Positions 46,498 to 56,072 of a stretch of 61,473 nucleotides of DNA are shown one piece after another. Where the stretch lies: the IMG/VR virus record IMGVR_UViG_3300035534_000060; one strand, given 5' to 3'. The notes under the pieces were generated by a model that made no database searches, was not told the DNA's origin, and worked only from the letters and a program-made list of their open reading frames with translations. This stretch comes from a virus. A program made the position numbers and the translations under genes. How positions within the stretch are numbered: position 1 is the first letter of the stretch; each line of letters opens with the position of its first letter.

Positions 46498-47406
46498 ATG
46501 TCTGATGATCTATTTGATGATGAGCAAGATATACTAGATATTGATGAAATGCTGAAACCTAAAAAATCTGATGATTTAAGTTCATCGATTTGTGCTATGC
46601 TAGTAGGTCAAGAAGATTCTTTAAAATCTGGGATTGCTATTGATTGTCGCAGTAAAGAACAGATTGAGAATGGGGAAGTAGTATTTGTAGTTGATCTTGA
46701 TAATGCAAATACACCCATATGGAAAGACCATTGGGATGCTTCAGAGAATATACGCCTAGTCAATCCTGCTGTAATGAAGTCTGTAACTCAGGATGACGGT
46801 TCAGAGAAACTTGAAATTGATTATGATAGAACCATTCAAAGAATAAACCAATTTATTTTCAAGGTGTCTGAAGCAGAAAAATCTGGAAGTATCAAACTTG
46901 CAGGTTTTGTATTTGATGGTGTAGATAAATTGCTTAAATCATCTGAATACACAATGCGCACACAAAAGGAACTGGATATTGATGATGGTGTATCATATCA
47001 ATACTGGAACATTAGAAATAAATTGTTCAGTGATGTAATATTCTCTGTAAAATCTCTCAAATGCCCGAAATACTTTATAACTCATACCAAAACTTATCAG
47101 AAAAAGAAAACTGATAAGAATGGGAAAGAAAAAGTTGTAAAGGAATGGGAAGACGGTATATGGGAAAAAAGCACTTTAAACGAAATGCATCAAGTCATAG
47201 ACACTCGTAAAGAAATGGGTATAGATGGTGTTACGACATATTATGCTAAAGTGCGAGAGTTTAAAGGGCGACCAGAAATAGTGGGTAAGGAATTTAAAAC
47301 AATGGTGATAGATTCTAATGACAACACACACACTTACTATGGTCTTCCACAATTGAGAGATAAGAAAAATGTCGAAGAGCCTGATTATGATGGTGAGTTA
47401 TTTTAA
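46498..47406 (+). CDS. Hypothetical protein
   Basis: 302-aa ORF with acidic N-terminus. Confidence 0.4.
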   Translation: MSDDLFDDEQDILDIDEMLKPKKSDDLSSSICAMLVGQEDSLKSGIAIDCRSKEQIENGEVVFVVDLDNANTPIWKDHWDASENIRLVNPAVMKSVTQDDGSEKLEIDYDRTIQRINQFIFKVSEAEKSGSIKLAGFVFDGVDKLLKSSEYTMRTQKELDIDDGVSYQYWNIRNKLFSDVIFSVKSLKCPKYFITHTKTYQKKKTDKNGKEKVVKEWEDGIWEKSTLNEMHQVIDTRKEMGIDGVTTYYAKVREFKGRPEIVGKEFKTMVIDSNDNTHTYYGLPQLRDKKNVEEPDYDGELF

Positions 47407-47420
47407 CTCACTTATTATAG

Positions 47421-47984
47421 GTGATACATATGCAAAAAACATGCACTCAATGTAATGATGAATTGATTATAGATGTGAATTGGACTGAAGCATTTAAGAG
47501 AAAAAGGATGTTTAAATGTAAAAGTTGCCATGCCAAAAATACTATGGAATGGAAACATCGTAATGGTACAAAATCAATGTCAGAAAATGACAAATGTTCA
47601 TCGTTCTTAGGTGTATATATCGCAGAGAGAGTTTTATCTAAAGTATTTAAAGATGTTAAAACTATGCCATATGGGCATTCTGGATATGATTTTGTGTGTA
47701 ATAAGGGTAAGAAGATTGATGTGAAAAGCGCATGTATGAAACATAGATATGATTGGAGTCCTTCATATTCATTCGTTTTAAGAAATAATCAAATTGCTGA
47801 TTATTTTCTATGCATTGCATTCGATAATAGAGAAGATTTGAACCCTCTACATTTGTGGTTATTACCAGCAGATATATTTAATCATCTGAATACTTTAAGT
47901 ATATCTGAATCTACATTAAATAAATGGGATGAATATAAATTAGATATTTCACCCACAGTAAAGCAATGTGAACAATTAAAATAA
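47421..47984 (+). CDS. Zinc-ribbon plus PD-(D/E)xK nuclease-like protein (paralog A)
   Basis: CTQC...CKSC; GYDFVCNKGKKIDVKSA fits D...DxK; long nucleotide identity with 48490..49110. Confidence 0.5.
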   Translation: MIHMQKTCTQCNDELIIDVNWTEAFKRKRMFKCKSCHAKNTMEWKHRNGTKSMSENDKCSSFLGVYIAERVLSKVFKDVKTMPYGHSGYDFVCNKGKKIDVKSACMKHRYDWSPSYSFVLRNNQIADYFLCIAFDNREDLNPLHLWLLPADIFNHLNTLSISESTLNKWDEYKLDISPTVKQCEQLK

Positions 47985-47995
47985 GGAGGTACAAT

Positions 47996-48490
47996 ATGAT
48001 AATATCAGGAAAGGAAGTAGCCGAGGCTATGATCGAAGGTGTTATAGACGAAAATGTACAGGTACAAGTCAATGGATATGATATGACTCTTAAAAAGGTC
48101 GAAGGGTATCATACAGATAGTAAGGGAATTCTAGACTTTGATAACAGTCAAAGGGAAAAGCCAAATGTTTCAGTAATACCATTTAACTTCAGAGACAGTG
48201 TATTCCTACGCAAGGGCAATTATCTTATCACACTTGACCCTAAGATGGATATACCACTTGATTGTATTGGGCGATTACTACCACGATCATCACTAGTGCG
48301 CATGGGCTGTACAATAGATGCTGGTGTGTTTGATGCCGGATTTTATGGTCGTGGGCAGGTTATGCTTACAGTACATAATTTGGCAGGCATAAAACTTTAC
48401 AAGAATGCCCGGGTTGCCCAAATGGTTTTCGATAGAATTGAAGGCGGCGAACTAGAAGAAGGGTACAACGGTATATATAATGAGGCTTAA
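47996..48490 (+). CDS. dUTPase/dCTP-deaminase-family protein
   Basis: GCTIDAGVFDAGFYGRGQV resembles the conserved dUTPase-fold motif. Confidence 0.5.
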   Translation: MIISGKEVAEAMIEGVIDENVQVQVNGYDMTLKKVEGYHTDSKGILDFDNSQREKPNVSVIPFNFRDSVFLRKGNYLITLDPKMDIPLDCIGRLLPRSSLVRMGCTIDAGVFDAGFYGRGQVMLTVHNLAGIKLYKNARVAQMVFDRIEGGELEEGYNGIYNEA

Positions 48491-49110
48491 TGATGTCTCA
48501 TTTTAAATTTTGTATTAAATGTGGTTGTGATCTAATACCATACAAAACATGGAGTCCATCATATGTGAGGAAAGGTGTCTATAAATGTAAAAAATGTGAT
48601 TATAAACACACATTAGAATGGCAGAAAAATAACAAAGAAAAGCACTTGGAACGAGCAAGAAATTATAATTATATGCGTGGTGGAAAACCCATGTCAGAAA
48701 ACAAAGAATGTTCGTCATTTCTTGGTTGTTATGTTGCTGAACGGGTGTTATCTAAGGTCTTCAAAGATGTTGAAGTAATGCCAAACAACAATCCGGGATA
48801 TGATTTTGTGTGTAATAAGGGTAAGAAGATTGATGTGAAGAGTTCGTGTGTGAGGAATATGGGTAAGAAATCTCCTATGTGGCATTTTAGTATAAGGAAA
48901 AATCTCATACCTGATTATTTTTTATGTCTGGCATTCGATAATAGAGAAGATTTGAACCCACTATATGCATGGTTATTACCTTCATATAAAATTAATTTTA
49001 AAACATTGGTAGGTATATCTGAATCTACGATTAATAAATGGGATAAATACAAGTTAGATATAGGAAAAGTAGAATTATATTGTAAGAATATGAAGGAGGA
49101 GTCACAATAA
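48490..49110 (+). CDS. Zinc-ribbon plus PD-(D/E)xK nuclease-like protein (paralog B)
   Basis: CIKCG...CKKC; same core as paralog A with near-identical nucleotide blocks (e.g. 48798-48842 vs 47688-47732). Confidence 0.5.
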   Translation: MMSHFKFCIKCGCDLIPYKTWSPSYVRKGVYKCKKCDYKHTLEWQKNNKEKHLERARNYNYMRGGKPMSENKECSSFLGCYVAERVLSKVFKDVEVMPNNNPGYDFVCNKGKKIDVKSSCVRNMGKKSPMWHFSIRKNLIPDYFLCLAFDNREDLNPLYAWLLPSYKINFKTLVGISESTINKWDKYKLDIGKVELYCKNMKEESQ

Positions 49111-49853
49111 TGGAATTTCTGGGTGCTAGGATAGTTGGCGGTCATAGATTCTATGACTTTATGTATAATGATAATAATGTAAGTTATCCATCAGTAACAA
49201 CTATGCTGAAGGTACTCCCAGAACCAGATGGCCTCAAATGGTTTAAAAATAATTATCCTGACGCAGAAAAATATACGGCTCGTAGGGCAATGATTGGCAC
49301 TACTTGTCATTATTTTTTTGAATGCCAGTGCGCATATCATTTGCCTGATCATACGCCCGAAATGGAAGAAGTAGCATTTGCAGAACATTTAGATGAAGAA
49401 GCACTGGAATCAATAGGGAATATCAATAGGAAAATAAAAAGTATCATGAGACAACATGATTTTAAACCCATTTCCCTTGAGGATACAGTGTGGTCAGATG
49501 TTCTAAAAGTGGCAGGGCGTGTTGATTATCGAGGCATGTTAAATGGTAAGAAAGTAATCTTAGATTTGAAAACTGCAAAGGCGTTTCATGATGAAACTAA
49601 GACAGAATATTTAAATCGTCTAGATTATATGCAGGATAATGATGGTAAAGCGCCACCCGGGTTTTTCAGTAAATTTGCACTACAATTAAGCACATACAAA
49701 CAGTGCTATAAAGAAAGATTTGGATGGGAAGCCGAGGAACTCTGGATTCTAAGAGTAAATGAGAATAATAAGCCAGAATTGAGACTTCAACCGGATGTAT
49801 TAGAAGATGTAAAAGATGTAAGGGAGATGTACTATGAAACATATGGAGTCTGA
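49110..49853 (+). CDS. PD-(D/E)xK-family nuclease (putative)
   Basis: GRVDYRG...KVILDLKTAK fits D...DxK. Confidence 0.35.
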   Translation: MEFLGARIVGGHRFYDFMYNDNNVSYPSVTTMLKVLPEPDGLKWFKNNYPDAEKYTARRAMIGTTCHYFFECQCAYHLPDHTPEMEEVAFAEHLDEEALESIGNINRKIKSIMRQHDFKPISLEDTVWSDVLKVAGRVDYRGMLNGKKVILDLKTAKAFHDETKTEYLNRLDYMQDNDGKAPPGFFSKFALQLSTYKQCYKERFGWEAEELWILRVNENNKPELRLQPDVLEDVKDVREMYYETYGV

Positions 49854-50610
49854 AATAACGCCAATGTATAATTTCTCAGGGGATGATATAGATCAACTCT
49901 ATAGAGATATAACAAGAACGATAGTAAGAGATGGGAAAGATATTGTTTTTGGACATGAAAAGAAGAAAGCCCGGGAAATACATGCTACAGTACAAATTTA
50001 TGGTAAAGGTATTAAGCGCCTTATGAATGGCAGTGTGCCCAGAAAATTCCCATTCCAAGGAGATAAACTTAAAGAATTTAGGAAGTTGGCAATCGCAGAT
50101 GATGTTAACCCATATGGGAATGATTATACATACCAAGAATTGATGAGAAAATTCCCAACAAATATTAATCAGTTGAATCAGATGGGGCTTATAGTTAAGG
50201 ATAGACAATCTACAGGCATGACAGATAACGGTATTGTAGGTGTATTGTATCATCCCAACATGTGGAAATGGGAAAATAAACCATGCTGGAATTGGCTACA
50301 GTTGAGATATTTGGGAAATAATGAGTATTCGTTGCGATTGCTCTTTAGATCGCATGATTATGGTATGGCTATGTGGGCAAATATGTCATTCATACTTTAC
50401 ATGATAAATTATTTTGTTATGAAGCCAAATGAATGTAAGATAACTGAAATAATTCTTACATCAACTAGCGCACACATCTATGAGAATGACCAAGACAGCG
50501 CTGTAGATGTTGGGGGGATACATTGGTCTAGGGAAGAGGATAAATCTTTACTACATCAATCTCTGGGCTTTCTCAGGGGTATATATGATTATGTTAAGGG
50601 TCAAAATTGA
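49834..50610 (+). CDS. Thymidylate-synthase-fold enzyme with variant active-site residues
   Basis: KPCWNWLQL (vs PCH), LLFRSHDYGMAMWANMSFIL (vs QRSxD...PFNIAS), TSAHIY (vs GDTHLY). Confidence 0.55.
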   Translation: MKHMESEITPMYNFSGDDIDQLYRDITRTIVRDGKDIVFGHEKKKAREIHATVQIYGKGIKRLMNGSVPRKFPFQGDKLKEFRKLAIADDVNPYGNDYTYQELMRKFPTNINQLNQMGLIVKDRQSTGMTDNGIVGVLYHPNMWKWENKPCWNWLQLRYLGNNEYSLRLLFRSHDYGMAMWANMSFILYMINYFVMKPNECKITEIILTSTSAHIYENDQDSAVDVGGIHWSREEDKSLLHQSLGFLRGIYDYVKGQN

Positions 50611-50611
50611 C

Positions 50612-50696
50612 CCATTTTTTATCTACCCATTCAAAATAACAACCTTTAAATAGAATAGAGTCATAGTAAGGTTATCGGAAAATAAGGAGGAATATT
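50612..50696 (+). promoter_or_regulatory. Third copy of the T-tract/promoter/leader cassette
   Basis: CCCATTTTTTATCTACCCATTCAAAATAACAACCTTTAAATA ... AATAAGGAGGAATATT-ATG. Confidence 0.5.
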
Positions 50697-51593
50697 ATGG
50701 AAAATTGGACAAAAGAATATGCGCCTAAAACTTTGGAAGAATATGTACAGGATGATGAAATAAAAGAAACTATCCAGAAGTACATCGATAACGATATGCG
50801 TACACCAATGATTTTTGAAGGCCCAGCAGGCACAGGCAAAACTACACTTGCCCGTATAATTGGTAATGAAATGAATGCCAATGTCTATGAACTAAATGCA
50901 TCTACTGATAATGGTGTTGATGTGGTACGTGAAAAAATTGTCACATGGGCAAGAAGTAAGCCATTTAGCGATAAAAGAACTGATGGACTTAACTTAATTT
51001 TTTGTGATGAATCTGAAAGATTTACTCCACAGGCACAAGATGCTCTCAAGCGCACAATTGATGATTATGGCAAACACACAATTTTTATTTTCTGCACAAA
51101 TAATATTCATAAGATTATTAAGCCTATTCAAAGTCGTGCTGGAAAATATTGTTTACATATTGGATATGTAGATGAATTTAGTATCAAGGATTTGATTGTG
51201 CAAACCGCAGAAAAAGCACAAATAACTATCGGAATGAGCGATATTGACAAGATAGTGGATAAGGCGGATGGTGAACCAAGGGCAGCAGTCAATATGCTAC
51301 AGTCGTATGCTATTGGAGATTTCAATGAGAGTGGTAGTAAACGTGATGACTTTAGATCATTCATGATGATGGCGCTACATGATGAAAAACCATTGGATGC
51401 AATTACCCGTGTCAGTGAAAATGATTTGCAGGAATTTGGGAGATATATAATTTCAACAGAGAAGCAACCCATTGAATTACGCAAGGAACTGTTAAAAATT
51501 ATTGCTGATACCGATAAAGCGATTCAAAACAGTGTAAATAAAGATATACATTTGCTTGATATGTATATCAAAATTGTGGAGGCGCTCAAATGA
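50697..51593 (+). CDS. Replication factor C small-subunit-like clamp loader
   Basis: FEGPAGTGKTT, ELNASTDNGVDVVREK, LIFCDESERFT, KIIKPIQSRA, GEPRAAVNMLQ parallel archaeal RFC motifs. Confidence 0.8.
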   Translation: MENWTKEYAPKTLEEYVQDDEIKETIQKYIDNDMRTPMIFEGPAGTGKTTLARIIGNEMNANVYELNASTDNGVDVVREKIVTWARSKPFSDKRTDGLNLIFCDESERFTPQAQDALKRTIDDYGKHTIFIFCTNNIHKIIKPIQSRAGKYCLHIGYVDEFSIKDLIVQTAEKAQITIGMSDIDKIVDKADGEPRAAVNMLQSYAIGDFNESGSKRDDFRSFMMMALHDEKPLDAITRVSENDLQEFGRYIISTEKQPIELRKELLKIIADTDKAIQNSVNKDIHLLDMYIKIVEALK

Positions 51594-52315
51594 ATGCAGC
51601 AACTATGAAGAAAGCCATTGAAAAAGCCATATTTGCCGAAGGTATTGATGAAATTGTTATTAAGTCTGATGGCGAGACTGGTGTAATTCCTTCCATGGGT
51701 ATAGGCAAAGATAGATTGGCATATGTGACATTCCCATTTAATTTGGAAGGTGAATGGGGTATTACTGACCCAGAGAGACTTATTAAAAGTCTCAATAAAA
51801 TTAAGGGCGACCTAAAAATTAAACATGAAAAGAATAAATTCATACTTTCAGGCGGTGGTAAGCGATATAAGTTCCCAATTGTAAACGAGGTATGTGATAT
51901 TAGGACTGTTTTGCCCTTTACCCCTACCCGTAATGAGTCAGAAATAGTGTTCAACGGACAGCATGCCGCAGATATAGAGATTGAGTTTAAGCCAAATATG
52001 AAAGAAATTAAGGCTGCCCTAAAAAGTGAGAAAGTTTACGAAAATAGGGCAAATATTTTGTTCAAAGATGAAATTATGGATATATCTGGTAAAGATGACA
52101 CAGAGTTTGAAGCCGGAGATTCTATCAATGGTGAGGTGAAAAATTCTACAAAGTCTGAAGTTCGCACTATGATCACTGGACTGCAAGAGGTAATGAAAGT
52201 GGCAAATGATTTAACTATATTCACAGCAAATAATAATATGCTGTATATGGAAGATATAGATGAAGATATACATACAGTATTTGCAATAATGCCGCACTTG
52301 GAGGAACGATGCTAA
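51590..52315 (+). CDS. PCNA-like sliding clamp (putative)
   Basis: 241 aa directly after clamp loader; C-terminal AIMPHLEE resembles archaeal PCNA ends. Confidence 0.45.
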   Translation: MNAATMKKAIEKAIFAEGIDEIVIKSDGETGVIPSMGIGKDRLAYVTFPFNLEGEWGITDPERLIKSLNKIKGDLKIKHEKNKFILSGGGKRYKFPIVNEVCDIRTVLPFTPTRNESEIVFNGQHAADIEIEFKPNMKEIKAALKSEKVYENRANILFKDEIMDISGKDDTEFEAGDSINGEVKNSTKSEVRTMITGLQEVMKVANDLTIFTANNNMLYMEDIDEDIHTVFAIMPHLEERC

Positions 52316-52896
52316 GATTTAGATTTTTGGAAGAACTTTGGACAAATGAAGTATCATCACATTTACAATCAAATGGAAATGAAAAGGTTAATCATTGTGT
52401 GGCAATAAGTCTCACAGATATGGGTGGATACCCTATCTATGATTTTCTGGCCATGGAACTTGATCATATGTTGATAGCCCTTGATGAGATGGATGTTATA
52501 GCCAATTCATCTATTATTCCGGGTCACGCATATCTATATAACAAATTGAAATATAGTGTTTTAGCCGCAACTCAAAAATCTTTAACAACAAATGTTAGCA
52601 TTGATGGAATGCTGATAAAAAATGTTCAAGTTATGGATACATATAAAGATATAAACTTTATATTTACTGTATCATATCTTGAAATGTTTCAAGGCTATCC
52701 GATAACATTGTTGGGAATATTAAGAGTTATTGAGGAGGTGTGCGAGACTCATAATGTAGCAGACGATAAGCATATAAACCTGTACATCAATATAGGGTAT
52801 TCATTCATAAACCAACGATTTAAGAATAAAGCAGAAGAATTTGTAAAAATAAAAAGGGAGGAATTTAATGGAACAACTCAAGAAACAGACATATAA
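52309..52896 (+). CDS. Hypothetical protein
   Basis: 195-aa ORF. Confidence 0.4.
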   Translation: MLRFRFLEELWTNEVSSHLQSNGNEKVNHCVAISLTDMGGYPIYDFLAMELDHMLIALDEMDVIANSSIIPGHAYLYNKLKYSVLAATQKSLTTNVSIDGMLIKNVQVMDTYKDINFIFTVSYLEMFQGYPITLLGILRVIEEVCETHNVADDKHINLYINIGYSFINQRFKNKAEEFVKIKREEFNGTTQETDI

Positions 52897-53635
52897 ATCA
52901 CCTTTAAGATACCCCGGAGGAAAAACTAGAGCAATCAAATATATTTATCCATATATCCCTGCTAATGTGACCGAATTATGCTCACCTTTTTTAGGTGGAG
53001 CATCTTTTGAACTATTTTTATCTAGTAAAGGCATAAAAATATATGGTTATGACTTATTTGAACCATTAACTAATTTTTGGAATGTTTTATTAAATAATTC
53101 ATTTCAATTATATGAAACGGTTAAAAAAATGCATCCTATAAGTAAAGAATATTTTTATAAATTGAGAAATGAATATGATAAATATAATAATATAAATAAA
53201 GCCGCAATATTTTATATGTTGAATAGATCATCATTTTCAGGTGCAACATTTTCAGGAGGTATGAGTAAAGGACATCCAAGGTTTACAGAATCTTCTATAA
53301 ACAAATTATATAATTTTAAAAATAATTTAATATCGGTAGAAAATGCTGATTTTGAAATTGCTATAAATAATCATCCTACAAGTTTTCTATATTTAGACCC
53401 ACCATATCTTATTAATGATAATCTTTATGGTGATAAGGGGAATATGCATAAATATTTTGACCATAAAAGATTATATAACATTTTATCTAAAAGAGATGAT
53501 TGGATATTATCATATAATGATTGTAAATTTATACGAGAATTATATTCTGATTATAATATAGTAGATTTGGATTGGAAATATGGTATGTCAAAAAATAAAA
53601 AGAGTAGCGAAATTTTAATAATAAACAAGGAGTGA
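52868..53635 (+). CDS. DNA N6-adenine methyltransferase (Dam-like)
   Basis: N-terminal RYPGGK and FLGGAS; DPPY catalytic motif (YLDPPYL). Confidence 0.75.
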   Translation: MEQLKKQTYKSPLRYPGGKTRAIKYIYPYIPANVTELCSPFLGGASFELFLSSKGIKIYGYDLFEPLTNFWNVLLNNSFQLYETVKKMHPISKEYFYKLRNEYDKYNNINKAAIFYMLNRSSFSGATFSGGMSKGHPRFTESSINKLYNFKNNLISVENADFEIAINNHPTSFLYLDPPYLINDNLYGDKGNMHKYFDHKRLYNILSKRDDWILSYNDCKFIRELYSDYNIVDLDWKYGMSKNKKSSEILIINKE

Positions 53636-53639
53636 TAAT

Positions 53640-55523
53640 ATGGATACTAAAACGCAGAAAATTTTGGATGAGGCTAAAGTTCTTATCCTAGACATTGAGG
53701 CAACCAGTCTTGATATAGATACAGCAGTTACTCGTGTGGTTGGTGTAAAGACTAATCAGAGTTCTAAAATTCATTGTATATGGGCAAAGGATTTTGATAA
53801 ACTTAGAAAAGCGATTAAGAAATCAGATTTTATTGTCACATATAATGGCAATAATTATGATATTCCAGTATTACTCAATGATTATAATAAATTATTCAAA
53901 TATGAAACATCATTGACTGGTAAACATATAGATTTATATGATGTTGTTACATCAAGAGAGGCAACTTTTGGCACAAATTTCTTGGATGGGTATTCTCTTG
54001 ATGCTGTTTGTAAGACTCTCGGACTTTCGAGAAAAGTTCAGGATTTTGATTATAATCTTCTAAAGAACGAATATGAGGATATGACTCAAGATGAGATTGA
54101 AGAAATTGAGTATTATCTAAGGCAGGATATAGAAATCACTAATGAACTGTATGAATTTATTGAAGAAATGTATCAGCCATTGGCATTGTTTTTGCCCAAA
54201 AATGATGTGCGCAAAAAGAATTACATAAAATCTTCTATGGGCGCAATAACATACAAAGTAATTTGCCATATGTCAGGGCTTCAACCTACTTATGATGGCG
54301 CATATGTCGATGATGGGTCAGATACCTACAAAGGCGGCCATGTATTTGAGCCTACAAAGGAAAAAGCCGTAGGTAATATTAAATGTGTAGATTATACATC
54401 TGCATATCCTCATGCGTATATGCAGGCTAATCTGTACACTAAATGTAAGCACTGTACTGAAGGAGAATGCCAATATAGGTACACTGGCGGCACTACACCT
54501 GATGGGCATACATTAGAATTACAGGGCGAGTATTGTACTCGTGGTGGCATGGGTGTACGTGAGAGAGTGATACAAAAATTATTCTTATTAAGATTAGATG
54601 CTAAGAATAAAATTAAATCTTATCAAAAACGTAAGAATAATGGTGAAATTTTATCTGAAGATGAAAAGGAAAATTTAAATTATCTAAATAAATTTCAACA
54701 GGGTCTAAAGATAATTATTAATACAATTTATGGTATTTCAGGGTCGCCCAAATTCTTGCAGACATATGATGCTGATACGGCGGCAGATTGTACAAAAATT
54801 TGTAGATTTAATTTACTTTATCTTCATCATAAATTAATTGAGTTTGAAAATGAACATCTTTATGGAGATACCGATAGTGAGTATATTATATGCCCAGATG
54901 ATCTGACTGATGATGAACTTCAAGAACAATTAAACGAAATTATCACAAATCTCAAAAGTATTTATCCATTTCCTCAAGACACATTTAAGATTGATATTGA
55001 GGATAGCATGAAGTTTATGGGATTTTTTAGTGATGGTCATGGCGAATTTAAGAAGAAGAAATACATCATGGTCATGGATGATGATAAAGTTAAAGTCAAA
55101 GGACTTTCTATAGTGCGCCGAGACAGTTCATTTCTTGCCCGTAAAATATGGAATGAAAATATTAAAGAATATATTAGCACAAATCTGTCTCATAAAATTC
55201 CATTGTCATATATAGATGGTTGGATTTCAGATGCTATTGAAACTGATATTGAAAATGCGGCAATTGAATTTAAAGTTAAGCCATTAGAAATGTATAATAG
55301 TACCACAAGCATACAGTCAAAAATTTCTGAAGAGTTAGGTGAAGGCAAGCACAAACTAATTAAGAATAGACGTGGTATAGGTATAGGCAAAGGTGTGTCA
55401 TATGCTACTCTCGATCAGGCAAAAAATTTCACTATTGCTGATATTGATTTGAGTAGAGTTTACTCAGATTTATCTGATGTAACTGATGACGCACAGAAAA
55501 CATTTACACGATTCATGGTGTAA
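53640..55523 (+). CDS. Family B DNA polymerase with 3'-5' exonuclease domain
   Basis: Exo I LILDIEA, Exo II YNGNNYDIPVL, Exo III YYLRQD; motif A VDYTSAYP, B KIIINTIYG, C YGDTDS. Confidence 0.8.
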   Translation: MDTKTQKILDEAKVLILDIEATSLDIDTAVTRVVGVKTNQSSKIHCIWAKDFDKLRKAIKKSDFIVTYNGNNYDIPVLLNDYNKLFKYETSLTGKHIDLYDVVTSREATFGTNFLDGYSLDAVCKTLGLSRKVQDFDYNLLKNEYEDMTQDEIEEIEYYLRQDIEITNELYEFIEEMYQPLALFLPKNDVRKKNYIKSSMGAITYKVICHMSGLQPTYDGAYVDDGSDTYKGGHVFEPTKEKAVGNIKCVDYTSAYPHAYMQANLYTKCKHCTEGECQYRYTGGTTPDGHTLELQGEYCTRGGMGVRERVIQKLFLLRLDAKNKIKSYQKRKNNGEILSEDEKENLNYLNKFQQGLKIIINTIYGISGSPKFLQTYDADTAADCTKICRFNLLYLHHKLIEFENEHLYGDTDSEYIICPDDLTDDELQEQLNEIITNLKSIYPFPQDTFKIDIEDSMKFMGFFSDGHGEFKKKKYIMVMDDDKVKVKGLSIVRRDSSFLARKIWNENIKEYISTNLSHKIPLSYIDGWISDAIETDIENAAIEFKVKPLEMYNSTTSIQSKISEELGEGKHKLIKNRRGIGIGKGVSYATLDQAKNFTIADIDLSRVYSDLSDVTDDAQKTFTRFMV

Positions 55524-55546
55524 ATAGAAACCTATATATAGGTTTA
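55523..55546 (+). promoter_or_regulatory. BRE/TATA promoter containing perfect palindrome AAACCTATATATAGGTTT
   Basis: AAATAGAAACCTATATATAGGTTT about 30 nt upstream of SD+ATG of 55575. Confidence 0.5.
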
Positions 55547-55574
55547 AACTATATTAGATGTAGGAGGTATAATT

Positions 55575-56072
55575 ATGTGGATTTGTTCACAAAATTTTGA
55601 AATATTGAAAGGATTTAGAAATGGGCAAACAACATTTGGAGTAGATGCTGCCGATGATGTTGAAATTAAAGTAGCATTTAATGATTTGACTGCTGCACAA
55701 AAGAAAGCCTTGCCGGACATTGATGTTGATTTTAAATTGTATGTCCATAAAGGTAAAGTGAGCCCGAAGTTGAAAGATAAAGTAGTCAAGGAAACACTAT
55801 TTGAAAAAGATGATATTGTATCATTGACTAAAAAAATAGTGAAAGATGATGACCGCAAAGATGTAATTGAAGCGATACTTGCCACAGAAATTCCACCAGT
55901 AGTCATTCAGCAATGGCTTATGCAGGGCGCATTAAATGATACAAAGGCATGGAATACTGTAGTTCTTGCTGAGTCATATACAGGTAATAAAGAGGCATAT
56001 GCATATCTAGTAGGTGGATATGAAATGCTTGGAGCGAAATTTAAATTTCCGAAGAAAATAAGAGGTGAATAA
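55575..56072 (+). CDS. Hypothetical protein
   Basis: 165-aa ORF. Confidence 0.4.
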   Translation: MWICSQNFEILKGFRNGQTTFGVDAADDVEIKVAFNDLTAAQKKALPDIDVDFKLYVHKGKVSPKLKDKVVKETLFEKDDIVSLTKKIVKDDDRKDVIEAILATEIPPVVIQQWLMQGALNDTKAWNTVVLAESYTGNKEAYAYLVGGYEMLGAKFKFPKKIRGE

